This document shows, piece after piece, positions 12,801 to 28,449 of a DNA stretch of 64,000 nucleotides (position 1 is the first letter of the stretch; each line of letters opens with the position of its first letter). Both the position numbers and the translations under genes were made by a program. The stretch lies in the NCBI RefSeq assembly GCF_009914755.1, contig NC_060937.1; one strand, given 5' to 3'. The notes beneath the pieces were generated by a model. The model worked only from the letters and a program-made list of their open reading frames with translations, searched no databases and was not told the DNA's origin. The DNA comes from the human T2T-CHM13v2.0 reference genome, Homo sapiens.

Positions 12801-15152
12801 GGCTTATTTGGTTAAAAAAATCATACAAGCAGCATTGTCAAATATAAAATGGTGTTTGGCTTTCTTTGGGTTGTATTTGTATAAATATGTTACTGGTATG
12901 TGTCCAAAAATTATGAGAAACTCCTATGATTCTAATATGGCTTACCATATGTTATTAATAATTACAATCGTTACATAAAATCATTGTATGCCACAGAGGT
13001 AACCAAATTTCTTTGTCAATCATATTTTTGACCGCGGCTGTCCTAAGACATTTTGTCATCCACAAACAAGTGTTGTCTTGTTTTTTTCCTTTTTAGAAGG
13101 TGGTTTATAATCAACTACAGGGCTTTGACAGGTGTTCTTAAATGCAGGTTTCTGATAACTTTAAAAATTGCGACATTAGAGGAAACAATTTTCAGAACTC
13201 TCATGGAGAAGTGGAATGCTCATGAATATCAGAACAGGAGTTAACTGCGTAGACTGAACTAACAGAAGCTATTTACAGTTTTTAACAGTTCAGTAAAGTA
13301 CACTCCTGTGAATAAAATTTGGAGTGTATTTGTTTCTCTCTACTTGATTTCTTCAGAGTTTGGAAACTATTTGTGAGTATTCTTAATTTATGGCAAATAG
13401 TTATTTGTGTAAGTGCAATAAGAATCTGTTTTCTTTTGTAACAGGATACAATTGGAAAAACTGGTTATTTTACCAATGCTTTGACTGGAATGGCATGCTT
13501 TCCTTTAAGGAATCAAACCTGACTTGTAAAGCCAATAAAAGCCACTTGGGGAAATGCCTTATACCTTGCCTATGCAGTCCCTGTGCAGGGTTTCTGACCT
13601 GTGGTAAGTAAAGAATGTCACTTTCTAACAGGTCCAGGAGCCCCAAGTTATCTTGGAACCTCAAGAGGAGAGGAATTCACCCAGCTCATAGGTATTTGAG
13701 GGTACAAACCGATGGCAGGGCTCAGCTCTAAAAAAAGTCTTATCTAAAACTCCTTCTGTGGAACAGAGTTCCATCAAAGCCAATTTAAAAAAAGCTTATG
13801 TGAAAAATAAGTATTCTTGCTGCACTTTACACAAATAGTCATGCAAAGTATAATAAAACAAATCAGTCTTACCGTGATTTGTTTTTAGTAAAAATAGGAA
13901 ACTGGAGAGAGAAATATTATGTTTCAAGAACTACGGAACATCTGTTATTAGATTCTAATCTCATCAGTTGTTTTTAAAGTTTGTTTCTGCAATTTAGGCT
14001 AATCCTGTTTATTCCTATGAACCAACCAGTGAGCTCTGACTGCTGCTCAGAAGAAACAAGAGAGATGGGTAATGTAGAAATCTGGATCAGTATTCTAAAT
14101 CTGGACATGTATTAGAATCAACTAGCAACCCCATATCAGCTTGATTCCAGCAGTTACTCAGTTCATGGAAAGCCTACTTATTTAGTTTACTTGAAATAAC
14201 TTTACTTGTTTTGCTTTATTATTGTGAAATATCTTGCTGTTGTACTCTTTGTGTAGGAATGCAGAATAAGCTTATTAAATGTTGTCTTAAATTGAACACT
14301 TGTTAATCTTCCAGATAAAACTTTTTGTTGGAACTCAAAAAAGTTGAATGGCCCTCGCCATACTGACGCTTTCTGACTGAGCTCTACCCTGAATACAAGA
14401 GACCCTAATGGTTGGGCAGGAATAGCATCGCCACTTCTCAGCCTCAAGAAGTTACAGAAGATGGATCTTTATCTAGGATTAAGGGTTCTCTTATAAAGGG
14501 AGGGGGGGAAATGTCAGAGGCCTGTGAACCAGAGCAACTCCATCTTAAATAGGAACTGGGTAAAATGAGGCTGAGACCTACTGGGCTGCATTCCCAGATG
14601 GTTAAGACATTCTAAGTCACAGGATAAGAGAGGAGGTCAGCACAAAATACAGGTCATAAAGACCTTGTTGAGAAAACAGTTTGCAGTAAAGATGTTTGCT
14701 AAAACCCACCAAAACCAATGACAAGAGTGATCTTTGGTCATTCTCACTGCTACACTCCTACTAGCACCGTAACAGTTTAAAAATGCCATGACAACATCAG
14801 GAAGTTACCCTATATGGTCTAAAAGAGGGGGACATAAATAATCCATCCTTTGTTTAGCATATCATCAAGAAATAATTAAAAAAACGGGCAACTAGCAGCC
14901 CTTGGGATGCTCTGTCAATGGAGTAGCCATTCCTTTATTCCTGTATTTTCCTAATAAACTTGCTTTCACTGTACTCTACAGACTCACCCTGAATTCTTTC
15001 TTACACAAGATGCAAGAACCCTCTCTGGGGTCTAGATCGGGACCCCTTTCCTGTAACACTGTGATGTGTGAATTTCCCCCTGGGCACATCCTCACCCTTG
15101 GCTAAATAAGCCTCGAAAAATTTGAGACACCTGCCTATCACTTTTTGGTTCA
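9825..15152 (+). mobile_element. Older ERV1 (MER4-group) solo LTR split by the MER41 provirus (parts 9825-10229 and 15059-15152)
   Basis: Starts TGTGAAAGAAAAG..GGACCCAAACTCACTA..AAGGGAAAGTTAAGCTTGGGAACTG; resumes after the MER41 3' LTR with polyA-signal/U5-like sequence ending TTGGTTCA. Confidence 0.7.
10230..15058 (+). mobile_element. MER41A provirus: 5'LTR 10230-10781, non-coding MER41-int 10782-14511, 3'LTR 14512-15058
   Basis: Both LTRs run TGTCAGAGG...TGTAACA (~550 bp); degenerate PBS after the 5'LTR; polypurine tract AAAGGGAGGGGGGGAAA before the 3'LTR; TSD CTGT (10226-10229, 15059-15062); no gag/pol/env ORF. Confidence 0.92.
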
Positions 15153-15820
15153 GTTTGCATCTTTCTGCAAATGAATGTGTTATACTGATGTCAGTAAAAT
15201 TAATCCCGAGGTCCTGAGAGAAAAATGGGATCCTGGTGTTTCTTCAAGACTCAAGAAGCATAAGGTTAATTTGGGGGAGGGGATTAGAATTAATACTCGT
15301 GGAAAGAAGACTTTTCTTCTTCAGTTGCTGCTTTCATTGTTTTCTCCTTTCCTTCACGTCCCTCACCACATCTCTGAAGGGAATATTCAAGCCTTTTTTG
15401 TTAAAACAAACAGAAACAATCTCAATACTTAACAGCTAGACTTTGCACAGTGGACATTTCTTTCAGAAGTGACGAATATACAATTATACACTGCATAATG
15501 ATGTTTAGGTCAAAGACAGACTGCGTATACCACAGTGGTCCCATAGCTTATAACAGAGCTGAAAAATTCCTATTGCCTACTGATGTCACAGCTGTCGCAA
15601 TGTTGTGGCATAATACATTATTTGTGTGTATGTGGTGATACTGGTGTAAACAAATCTTCTGTGCAGCCAGGCATATAAAAGTATAGCACTCACAATTTGT
15701 ACAGTACATAATACTTTGATAATGATACACAACTATGTACTGGTTTATGTGTTTATAATACTATTCATCATTGCTTTAGAGTATACTCCTTTTACTTATT
15801 TTTTAAAAAAAAAGATGTTA

Positions 15821-16153
<333 letters not shown>

Positions 16154-16522
16154 TCAACAGCTAGACTTTGTACTGTGAAACAGCCTCAGGCAGGTCCTTC
16201 AGGAGGGTCCAGGAAAAGGCATTATCATAGAGATGGCAGCTCCATGCCTGTTATTTCCTCTGCAGACCTTCCAGTGGGATGAGTCGTGGAGGCGGAAGGC
16301 AGTGATGCTGATGGTCCTGACCCTGTGTAGGTCAAGGCTAAAGTGTGTGTTTGTGACTTTGTTTTTAATTAAAAAGTTTAAAAGTAAAAAAAAAAAAACA
16401 AATAATTTTTTTCTATTTTGAAAAAAGTTCATAGAATAAAGAGATAAAGACAATATTTTTGAACAGCTGTACAATGTGTTTGTGTTTTAAGCTATCTTAC
16501 AAAAGGGTAAAAAATAAAAGTT

Positions 16523-16824
<302 letters not shown>

Positions 16825-17889
16825 TTATAAAGTAAAAACATTGTAGTAAGCTAAATTTATTATCGAAGAAAGAAAAATGTATCTGTATAAATTTAGTGTG
16901 GTGTCTGTGTACAGTATTTCTAAAGTCTATAATAGTGTACAGCAACGTCCTAGGCCTTCACATTCACTCATCATTCACTCACTGACTCACCCAGAGCAAC
17001 TTCCAGTTCTGCAAGCTCAGTTCATGATAAGTGCCCTGTATAGGTGTGCCATTTTTTATCTTTTATATCATATTTTTACTGTACCTTTTCTATGTTTGCA
17101 GACATTTGGGTGTACAAATACCACTGTGTTGCAACTGGCTACAGTATTCAGCACAGCAACATGCTGTGCACGTGTGTAGCTTGGGAGCAACAGGCTCTCA
17201 TTGCCTGGGTGTGCAGTAGGCTGTCCCATGCAGGTTTGTGTAAGTCACTCTATGATGTTTGAAGAATGACAAAGTTGCCTAACGATGCATTTCTCAGAAA
17301 GGTGTCCCCATCCCTATGTGATGTATTCACCTGGGGCTCTGCTGAAATAATGTGTGATATTTGAAAACAATTCATCTCTTATTGAACACTTTTACATGCA
17401 TTATTTCAGTTTGATCTTCACATCCATCCTGGGTGTAATGTTACTAATTTTGTTTTACAAAATGCAAAATGCAGACTCCAAGAGATGAACTAACCAGCTC
17501 CACAGTCAGTTAATAGTAGAAAATGGTAGAAAATGTTTTGAGACATTTTTATCCAGTAAGTGGCAGAGCTGTAATTTGAAGCCTGAATTTTGGACTCCCT
17601 AAACCAAGATCTTCCTGCCCTGCAGTGCAGTTAGAAAGTGACTTTCCAGACTGAGTGACAGCATTGAAATTTCCTGTTCATGTCCCAGGGTTCCATCCTC
17701 ATTTTATTCTCATCCCAGGAAAGCAGCAGGACCTGGCTGATTCCCCAACACCGCCACCACCATTTCTGGTCGCTGTTGGAACACAAACACTCCATCTCCT
17801 AGAAAAGCTTTGCAGATTGCAGACAGTTAGAGCTGCCAGGGACCGCGGAGGATCGCTAGTCCTTTTGTCTCTCTCAGAAATGGTCTCCA

Positions 17890-18310
17890 CCCATCGATGA
17901 ATGGATGGATAGACAAAATGTGGCCTATGCATACAATGGAATATCACTCAGCCTTCAAAAGGAAGGAAATTCTGACATACGCTACAGCCTGGATGAACCT
18001 TGAAGACATTATGCTAAGGAAAGTAAGCCAGTCACAAAAGGGTACATATTGTATGATTGCACTTACTCCAGGCCACTAGAGTAGGCAAATTCATAGAGAC
18101 AAAAAGGAGAATGGAGGGAGGAAAGAGGGGAGAGCTCTGGGTTCAATGGATACTGAGTTTCTGTTGGGGATGATGAAAAAGCTTTGGTTATAGATGGTGA
18201 TGGTTACATGACATCGTCAATGTATTTAATGGCACTGAATTGTACATTTATGAATGGTTAAAATGGGAAATTTTATCTTACGTATATTTTACCACAATAT
18301 GTATTTTTTA
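17890..18310 (+). mobile_element. L1M (L1MB-like) 3' fragment
   Basis: GATAGACAAAATGTGG..ATACAATGGAATAT..GGATGAACCTTGAAGACATTATGCTAAG. Confidence 0.8.
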
Positions 18311-18795
18311 AATGTAGTCTATTATCTAAGTCAGGACCAGCCAAAACAGGCTGAGGCTCCCCTCGACGGTGGAACAAGGGCCCCAGGTGATTCTCATAAA
18401 ACTGGCATCTGGGGACTGTTCATCCAGTCTTGTCATTTTACAGATGAGAAGACTGAGGCCAAAGCTCCTGAGATCTTTCCGTGCGTTCGCATAGCAAGTG
18501 GGAGAGGGAAGGGCACCCGGCTCCTGGCCTGGGCTGTCTCACCATGGTGATCTCCAGAGGAGGATGCTTTTCCCAACACTCTGCTGAGATGCATGCCTGT
18601 GGGGACACGCTCCCCTGGAGAGCAGGAGGAAAGCTGGGGATGGCCTGCCAGACACAGAGTGGCACCCGCCTCTCAGTGTCACTCACCAGTGTCTGCAGTG
18701 CACCCGGGTGGAGGGAGGCCAGGCTGTGGCACACTGTGGTGGACGTTTGTGCACACGGCTGCTGCAGAAATCTCAGTTTAGCTCAGTTTACTTCA

Positions 18796-19135
<340 letters not shown>

Positions 19136-20146
19136 CCTAAATCTTACTCCCTGGTCGGGGGGGCACTGGGACCCTCCTGCATGTGCTCTATGTTTATCCC
19201 AGGAAGCTGGCAAAGCTGCAGGCGCTGCAGTGAGAGCTGACAGGCCCTGTCCCAGTGAGCATCTGCAGCTGCAGCCTCCCCTTCAGTCCTAGGAAGGGCT
19301 GAGGCTGTGGCTCAGCTGGTGTCCAGGGCAGGGCCTATATTAGTCACTGAGGGTGTCAGGAAAAGAACAGAGTAGCCACCTGGGTTCCATCAGCCATGAG
19401 CAGGTCCTTCCCCAGGGGAGATCTGTTCCATCCAGTGTCAGGTCCATGCAACCGGCACTGACTGAGCCCTGTGTGGAGTACTGAGGCTGTCCTGGACCTG
19501 ACATGCCTTTGGCCCCCCAGAAGTCCTGCAGACCCAATCTGACCCATTCTAGGCCACCTTTAGAATGGGTCAGAGTCAGCTGGGTGCAGTGGCTCATGCT
19601 TGTAATCCTACCTTTGGGAGGCACTTTGGAGGCTGAGGCAGGTAAAGAGAATTTACCACTTACAGAGCCTCACTTAGGAACCATAAACTTATAATAAAAC
19701 TTAGAGTTTTATTGAAGAAAAAGGAAATTAACATGGATGAAAGAGTAGGTGAAAGAAGCAATGGTGAGCAAACAAATAATAAAAAATAAATATCTGAGCA
19801 TATCAATATGAATTTGCTATATAAAATAACGATGATAATTCTGGCTGATGGGGGTTTGAAAACAAAGTTGGGTGTTTACTAGCTTGACTGTGGTGAGGTG
19901 TGTACACATGCTAAACTACATCAAATTTTACACTTTAAATAGACCAATATTATTAGTGTCAATTATATGTCAACAAAGCTGTTTAAGAAAAAGAAAGTAG
20001 AACTAAAATTCTCAACAGAGTGACATGAAAGATGGGGGGATAAGATCAGAGTTAAAGTTTCTAAGATCTTTCTGTTATTCAGAGGAAGGTTAAAGATATT
20101 AACGTTAGACTTTGGTAAGTCAAGTATGTGTTTTAAAAAATTAACT

Positions 20147-20442
20147 GGGCCGGGCGTGGTGGCTCAAGCCTGTAATCCCAGCACTTTGGGAGGCCGAGGC
20201 GGGCGGATCACGAGATCAGGAGATCAAGACCATCCTGGCTAACACGATGAAACCCTGTCTCTACTAAAAATACAGAAAATTAGCCGGGCGTGGTGGTGGG
20301 CGCCTGTAGTCCCAGCTACTCAGGAGGCTGAGGCAGGAGAATGGTGTGAACCCAGGAGGTGGAGCTTGCAGTGAGCCGAGATCAGGACACTGCACTCCAG
20401 CCTGGGGGACAGAGCGAGACTCTGTCACAAAAAAAAAAAAAA
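20147..20442 (+). mobile_element. AluY
   Basis: GGCCGGGCGTGGTGGCTC...GGAGAATGGTGTGAACCC...poly-A. Confidence 0.92.
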
Positions 20443-21018
20443 TTAACTGTAAACTACTAAAACAACAACAACAACAAAAAAACCAGACTGTATAAACTTC
20501 CAAACCACTAGAGGGAAATAGTTGGAATAAAGAAAATGTAAAAATCCAAAAGAAGGCAGGAAAGGAGAGAAGCAGAAGAAAGAAGATGGTAAATAGAAAG
20601 TATAAAATCACATCATTAATATCTCAATAATCATAGTTACAGTAAATTATCTAATCTCAACATTCAAATGCAAAGACTGCCAGATTAAATAAAAAACAAA
20701 ATCTGGCTCTGGTTTTGGAGGTTTATAAGAGACATACCTAGAACAAAAAAAGGAAAGATTAAACAGTTGGGAAAAAATATTTAGGCAAATGCTGATCTGG
20801 AACAGAAAGCTGGAATAGCTACATTAACATCAGACCAAATGAACTTAAGGCAACACATCTTTATTAGAGTTGGTAAAGAAAGGTCAATGTATAATGACAA
20901 GAATACAACAGGAAAATATAGCAGTATGTGATCCTGATGGTATAGGCTCAAATATATAAGTGAACAAATGAAATACGGACCAAATATTGTGAAAATAAAT
21001 AATTCAAAATCTACACTC

Positions 21019-21590
21019 TTGGAACTCTAGATTATTTTGAGCCCCTTTAAAGGAATGTGATTAAGAACCCGAGTCACATGATAGCCAGGTGTAACCAAGG
21101 CAGCTGTAACCTCTGTTTCTCTGATGAAGCTTTCTTCCTTACCTGCAGGCAAAATGTTGTAAATGACCGAAGAGTGCTGGGGAAGACCTCCTCGGTCTCC
21201 ACTGTTGATCTCCATGATAGATTAACCTCCCCCTTAACTTTCTCACATGTAGATTTCATTGACCATCATGCTGTTTTAAGATTGACACAAAATACACTCT
21301 TTTAAATTGCCAAAAGAATGAAAACTAGCTATGAAAAATAAAATAAGCCCTGCGGAAAAGAAAACAAACTGTAACTAATTAATTTGTTGTAACTCATAAA
21401 CCAGCCTTGATGGAAAAAGCAATCCTGTTAAATTTCTTTGTCTTCTTCCTGTATAAGCAAGAACTTAACTTTTAACTTCGGAGCATGACCCTGTGTGTTT
21501 GGAGTCTGTGTTTCCTGGATGACTATTTCAAGCTTTTTGCTTAAATAAACTCTTTAAAACTAGATTCCCATCCTTTTGGTTATTTCAACA
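21019..21590 (+). mobile_element. ERV1-class solo LTR, family not assigned
   Basis: ~570 bp block with TATA (CTGTATAAG), AATAAA (CTTAAATAAAC) and a CA end; LTR-like layout inside the old L1. Confidence 0.55.
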
Positions 21591-21851
21591 TACAGTATGG
21601 ACAGAATTACCCAGTGAAATTTATTAATTTATCCTTACAATGAGAGATTTTAATATACTTCTCACGATAAATGCAATACAGCTTCAATCAAAACCCTCAT
21701 CATTTTAAAACTGAACTTGATGTTCTAAAGTTTTTCTGGAAGTGCTAAGTGTCAGGAAGCGCCAACACATTCCTGAAGATGAACAAGGTAAAGCACTTAT
21801 TAGATATCAAGACACTAGAGAAAGGAAATAATTATGATAGTACAGTGTTAA

Positions 21852-22391
21852 TGTTACCAGAAGGGGTCCTGGTCCAGACCCTAAGAGAGTGGGTCTTGCA
21901 CAAGAAAGAATTCAGGGCGAGTCCGTAAAGTGAACGCAAGTTTATTAGGAAAGTAAAGGAATAAAGAATGGCTACTCCATAGAAAGCAGCCCTCAGGGCT
22001 GCTGCTTGCCCATTTTTATGGTTATTTCTTGATTATATGCTAAACAAGAGGTGGATTATTTATGCCTCCCCTTTTTAGGCCATATGGGGTAACTTCCTGA
22101 CCTTGCAATGGCATTTGTAAACTCTCATGGCGCTGGCGTGAGTGTAGCAGTGAGGATGACCAGAGGTCACTCTTGTCGCCATCTTGGTTTTGGTGGGTTT
22201 TAGCTGGCTTCTTTACTGCAAGCTGTTTTTATCAGGAAGGTCCTTATGACCTGTATCTTGTACTGACCTCCTAGGTCATTCTGTGACTTAGAATGCCTTA
22301 ACTGTCTGGGAATGCAGCCCAGTAGATCTCGGCCTCATTTTACCCAGCCCCTATTCAAGATGAAGTTGCTCTGGTTCAAACACCTCTGATA
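21852..22391 (-). mobile_element. Solo MER41A LTR
   Basis: Reverse complement of the LTRs at 10230/14512 (TGTTACC..GGGGTCC...CTGGTTCAAACACCTCTGATA). Confidence 0.92.
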
Positions 22392-23038
22392 TTTGCACAA
22401 CAGACAAAGAATATAACATAGAGTGCAGACACCGGCCATCCATACATGAAAGTGTGACATGTGACAGGCAGCACCGCAGGTCAGTGGACCTTGGGACAGT
22501 TGGTTTCTATGTGAACATTTTAAATAAACTTGGAGGTCTAGCTCACACCATGCACAAAAATAAATTACCTGTGAATTAAAGATCTAAATGTTCAAAGCAA
22601 AGCTTGAAACTTTTAGAATAAAATAGAGGAGAGTATCTTTTTTGGCCTTGGGTAGAGAAAGCTTTCTTTAATTTGACTTTAAAAATATAAACTGCTTATG
22701 AACAGTTTATAAGAAATGAACATATTTGACTACATTCAAATTTAATACTTGTCTATCAAAAGAGTCACCATGTATCAATTAATAAGTTAAGCCACAAACA
22801 GGGAGAAGATATTTACAAAGGACATAACCAAAAAAGGATTGGTATCACTATTGATGAGAAAAAGAAAAAAGAAGCTACTGAGATGGTGGATAGATTTAGT
22901 TGCCAAGAAAAGGTAGGGTAAAGGGTTGAGGGTTGAGGTGGGGAGTGGCTGAAATTGTAATGTTTTTATTTAAAAAAACCTCTAAAACAACTATGGAAAA
23001 ATGTTACTATCTATTTCATCTCAGGTGTGATTTTATAG

Positions 23039-23396
<358 letters not shown>

Positions 23397-23549
23397 TTAA
23401 TGTATATTAAGAGGACATAGGATGTGCCTAACAGGGAAGATGATGAAGGAATGGACATATGACATTGTGCAATTTGGCGGCCCACTTGGGAAGTTGCTGA
23501 GCCGGGGTCGGGAGACACTGGCTGGAGGGTAAGGAAAGGGCAGGCCCCT

Positions 23550-24900
23550 AGGAGGGGCCCCGCCGGCTGAGAACGCACCCCTGGGCCTCCATGCCTACAG
23601 GATCGCAGGCCAAGCCTTTTGGAAAGACATGCGCTAATGCTTGCAGGAAATAAAAGGGGTTTGGTGTTTTTGTTTGAGTTTTCATTTGATTGTTGTCGTG
23701 GCAGGACCACCTGGGGAGGCATCCAGGGAAAGTCAGCTGGGGACACTCCAGGCTTGGCTCCTGAGCCCCCTCCAGAAAGGCCTGGGCGGGAATTCCTGTG
23801 AGCCTTGCCCGCCGGGTCCCCAGCCGGCGGGCGCCCAGGGCCCTCTCCAGGTAGGGGTGTCGGCCTTGGAGCGCCGGCTCAGAGACAGCCAGCACCTCGC
23901 CGGCCACAGCCTTCGCCTCGGAAATGGCCCGGATTGCCTAAGGGGGGGCTTTTCCCGGAGACTCCGCGCTCCACACGCCGCGGGCACAAAGGGCCCTGCG
24001 GGGCTGCCAGGGTTCGGGAGGGCCCGGAGCCCCTGCGCGCGCGATTAGACTGGGCATTGGGTTTTTTTCTTTTCAGCAGGTGACCCCGGGGCATTCATCC
24101 GACACCAGCCATCTTGGCCTGAAGTGGGCGGAGGGAAAATTTCCTCCCTGCTGTGGCTTCTTCGAGGGCTGTCGGCCGATATTCCCGTGAAGTCCCTGCC
24201 AGCTGCTGGGCCGCGTCCGCGCCCCTCCCTGCCGCCAGCACCTTCTCCTGCAGAGGCCGCCCCGCCGCGCTGCTTCCTCATTCAAACCCAGAGCCCTCTG
24301 GCAAGGCCGCGCCCGCCCGCTCTCGAAGTGCATATCAGCAGCAGGTGCAGGCCTGTGCCCCCACGGGCGCCTGACCGGGGCCTCTGTGCTGCAGAGCGCA
24401 ATTTAATCCGGATTCAGTCCAGGCCGAGTGCTGACAAACCTGCCTCCCCCGGGGGTTGGGGCGGCTCAGGCTGTGCGGCAGGAAGTGGCATAGGGCCTGT
24501 GCTCAGAGCACCTCTGGGCTCTTGCTCGGCCTGCCGTCACCCTCGGAACTCTTAATACTCTTTTGAACAGGAACCCCACATTTTCATTTCAAATGGGGCC
24601 CCACCCATCGCGTCATGGGCCCCTCTAGGGCGAGACGCCAGGCCTCCCCGCCAGCGGGCTGGAAGCATCAGGCCTGCCTGCTCGGAGGGAGAGCAGATCT
24701 TCATTTGAGTGGGAGATCGGGGGACTACCAGAGAAGGAGGGGCTGGCCGACAGAGTGGCTGGGGTGCACCATGCGCCTCCGCCCAGGGGCGGTGCGGGCT
24801 GAGACATTCTTTCCTTCCTACCTCTTGCTCTTCCCTCCCTCAGCCCAGCCTGCCCTTCTCATTTCACAGCGCTCATCGTGCTTACTGGGACGGGGTCTAA
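23550..24900. promoter_or_regulatory. Intergenic (orphan) CpG island
   Basis: Non-repeat, very GC- and CpG-dense stretch with GC boxes (GGGCGG/CCGCCC) and TGCGCGCGCG; no convincing coding frame. Confidence 0.8.
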
Positions 24901-25756
24901 ACTGATGCTGGACAGCCTGCCCACGGGAGCTCCCTCACACCCCTGCCCAAGGACGGAATTGGGCCCCAAGTCCTCTGGCTTCACTGAGTTTAAAGCATCT
25001 CAGTTCACCTTAACTTGAAAATGTGAATGAAACCTTCCTTGGGAACTTACCAGACATTACCTAATCAGAGGAACCAAATGCTTTTCTAAATACAGCAGAA
25101 GCACCCGGCAGAGGCATCGGGAAGGCTGGAGAGGCCCCCTGGACTGAAGACCCCACGGCATTGGTAATGCACTGGCCTTGAGGCCCAGGGAATCACAGGA
25201 AAGCCAGCCGGTCACTTGTGGTTGGGCTGGGTCCTTCCTGTGCTTTACACACAAAAGATTCCTGATGCCCAGCTCAGGAGGTGGGAGCTGGGAGCAGCAG
25301 TGAAAGAAGAAAGGCATGGAAATGGGAACCCTCCACGTTGAGTCATGGGAACACTGGAATCCTCCCTCTTTCTCAGAGCTACAATGCTGCAGAGCATTCT
25401 TCCTCAAAAATAAAAAGGCCAGAAGAGAATGGGGTGGATTTTCTGTTTTCATAGCATTGGGGTGGAAAATCCACCCAACTGTATGAGCGTCCGTGGGGGT
25501 GGGGGTAGGGTGAGGTGTTCTGGCTGCATAGAGCAAACCTGGGTTGGGACGGACCTGACGGCCACACCTCGCTTTTATTGCGCTTTGCAGATATTGCATG
25601 TTTTATAAATTGAAGGTTTGTGGCGACCCTGCATCAAGCAAGTCCATCAGCGCTGTTTTTCCAACAGTATAGGCTCACTTCATGTCTCTGTGTCACATTT
25701 TAGTAATTTTTACTATGTTTTAAACTTTTTCATTATTAACATTATATCTGTTTATT

Positions 25757-26023
25757 TGTTGGTTTGTTTGTTTTTTAGAGACAGAGTCTCAATCTGTGGC
25801 CCAGGCTGGAGTCCAGTGGTGTGATTATAGCTTACTGCAGCCTTGAACTCCTGGGCTCAAGCAATCCTCCTACATCAGCGTCCCAGGAGCTGAGACTACA
25901 GGTGTGTGCCACCATACCCAGCCAATTTTCCTATCTTTTTGTAGAGATGGGATCTTTCAAGTTTGTCCAGGCTGGAGTGCAATGGTGTAATCATGGCTCA
26001 CAGTAGCCTCAAACTCCTAGCCT
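25757..26023 (-). mobile_element. Alu (J-type, rearranged)
   Basis: GAGACAGAGTCTC..CCAGGCTGGAGT..CTCCTGGGCTCAAGCAATCCTCC. Confidence 0.85.
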
Positions 26024-26119
26024 TGATATTATACCTGTTAAGGTGATCAGTAATCTTTGATGTTACTATTGTAACTATTTTGGAGCACCATGAACTAACC
26101 CCATATAAGATGGTGAACT

Positions 26120-26183
26120 TAAGCAATAAATGGTGATATATTAAGCAATAAATGGTGATTTATAAGCAATAAATGGTGATTTA
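26120..26183. repeat. Three ~21-bp tandem copies inside Tigger1
   Basis: TAAGCAATAAATGGTGAT(A/T)TA x3. Confidence 0.85.
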
Positions 26184-26858
26184 TCCTGATTGCTCCATGG
26201 ACCAGCTATTACCTGTCTCTCTCCCTCTCCTCAGGCCTCCCTATTCCCTGAGACACAACAATATTGAAATTATGCCATTTAATAACCCTGTATTGGCCTT
26301 CTAAGTGTTTGAGTGAAAGGAAGAGTTACATGTCTCTCACTTTAAATAAAAAAACTAGAAATGATTAAACTTAGTGAGGAAGGCATGTCAAAAGCTGAAA
26401 TAGGCCAAAAGCTTGACCTCTTGAGAAACAATTAGCCAAGTTGTGAATGCAAGGGAAAGTTCCTGAAGGAAATTAAAAGTGCTACTCCAGTAAACACACA
26501 AATGATAAGAAAGTGAAACAAGCTGATTGCTGATATGGAGAAAGTTTGAGTGGTCCGGATAGAAGATCAAACCAGCCACAGCAGTCCCTTAAGCCAAAGC
26601 CTAACCCAGAGCAAAGCTCTAATTCTTTTCAATTCTGTCAAGGCTCAGAGACATGAGAAAGCTGAAGAAGAAAATGTGAAGCTCACAGATGTTGGTTCAT
26701 GGGATTTAAGGAAAGAGCCTGGCTCTGTTAACACAAAAGTACAAGGTGAGGCAGGGAAAAAGTACTGATGTCGAAGCTGCAGCAAGTTTTCCAGAAGATC
26801 TAGCTAAGAGCATTGATGCAGGTGGTTTCATGAAACAACAGATTTTCAATGTAGATAA

Positions 26859-27211
<353 letters not shown>

Positions 27212-28091
27212 TAGCTAGAGAGAAGTCAATGCCTGGCTTCAAAGATTCAAAGGACAGGCTGACTCTCTTGTTAGAGGCTTATGAAGCTGGTGACTTTAAG
27301 TTGAAACCAATACTCAATTACCGTTCTGAAAATCCTAGGGCCCTTAGGAATTATACCAAATCTGCTCTGCCTGTGTTCTAGAGATGGAAAAACAAAGCCT
27401 GAATGACAGCATATATTTTTGCATCATGGTTTACTGAATATGTTAAGCCCACTGCTAAGACCTATTGCTCAGAATGAAAGATTCCTTTCAAATTACTACT
27501 GCTCACTGACAATGCACCTGATCACCCAAGAGCTCTGATGGAGGTGTACAAGGAGATGAATGTTGTTTCCTGCCTGCTAACACGGCACCCATTCTGCAGC
27601 TCATGAATCAAGGAATAATTTTGACTTTCAAGTCTTATTACTTAAGAAATACATTTTGTAAGGCCATAGCTTCCATAGGCAGTGATTCCTCTGACGGATC
27701 TGAGCAAAGTAAATTGAAAACCTTCTGGAAAGGATTCACCATTCTACGTGCCCTTAAGAGCATTTGTGATTCATGGGAGGAGGTCAAAATATCAACATTA
27801 ACAGGAGTTTGGAAGAAGCTGGTTCCAGCCCTCATGGATGACTTTAAGGAGTTCAACACTTCAGTGGAGGAAATAACTGCAGATGTGGTGAATTAGAGAA
27901 TTAGAATGAGAAGTGGAGCCTGTAGAAGTGAAGCAATTGCTGCAGTCTCATGATCAAACTTGAATGAATGAGGAGTCACTTCTTATGAATGAACAAAGAA
28001 AGTGGTTTCTTAAGATGGAGTCTAGTCCAATGAAGATGTTGTGAACATTGTTGAAAGAACAGAAAGGATTTAGGATACTTCATAAACTTAG

Positions 28092-28449
<358 letters not shown>

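Noticed and set aside
10782-14511. Retroviral gag/pol/env genes in the MER41 provirus
   Set aside because: AT-rich, no ORF above ~100 aa and no RT/IN motifs; non-autonomous internal sequence
23548-24905. ORFs of 120-143 aa across the CpG island
   Set aside because: Expected in GC-rich DNA; present in all frames on both strands with no recognisable protein motif
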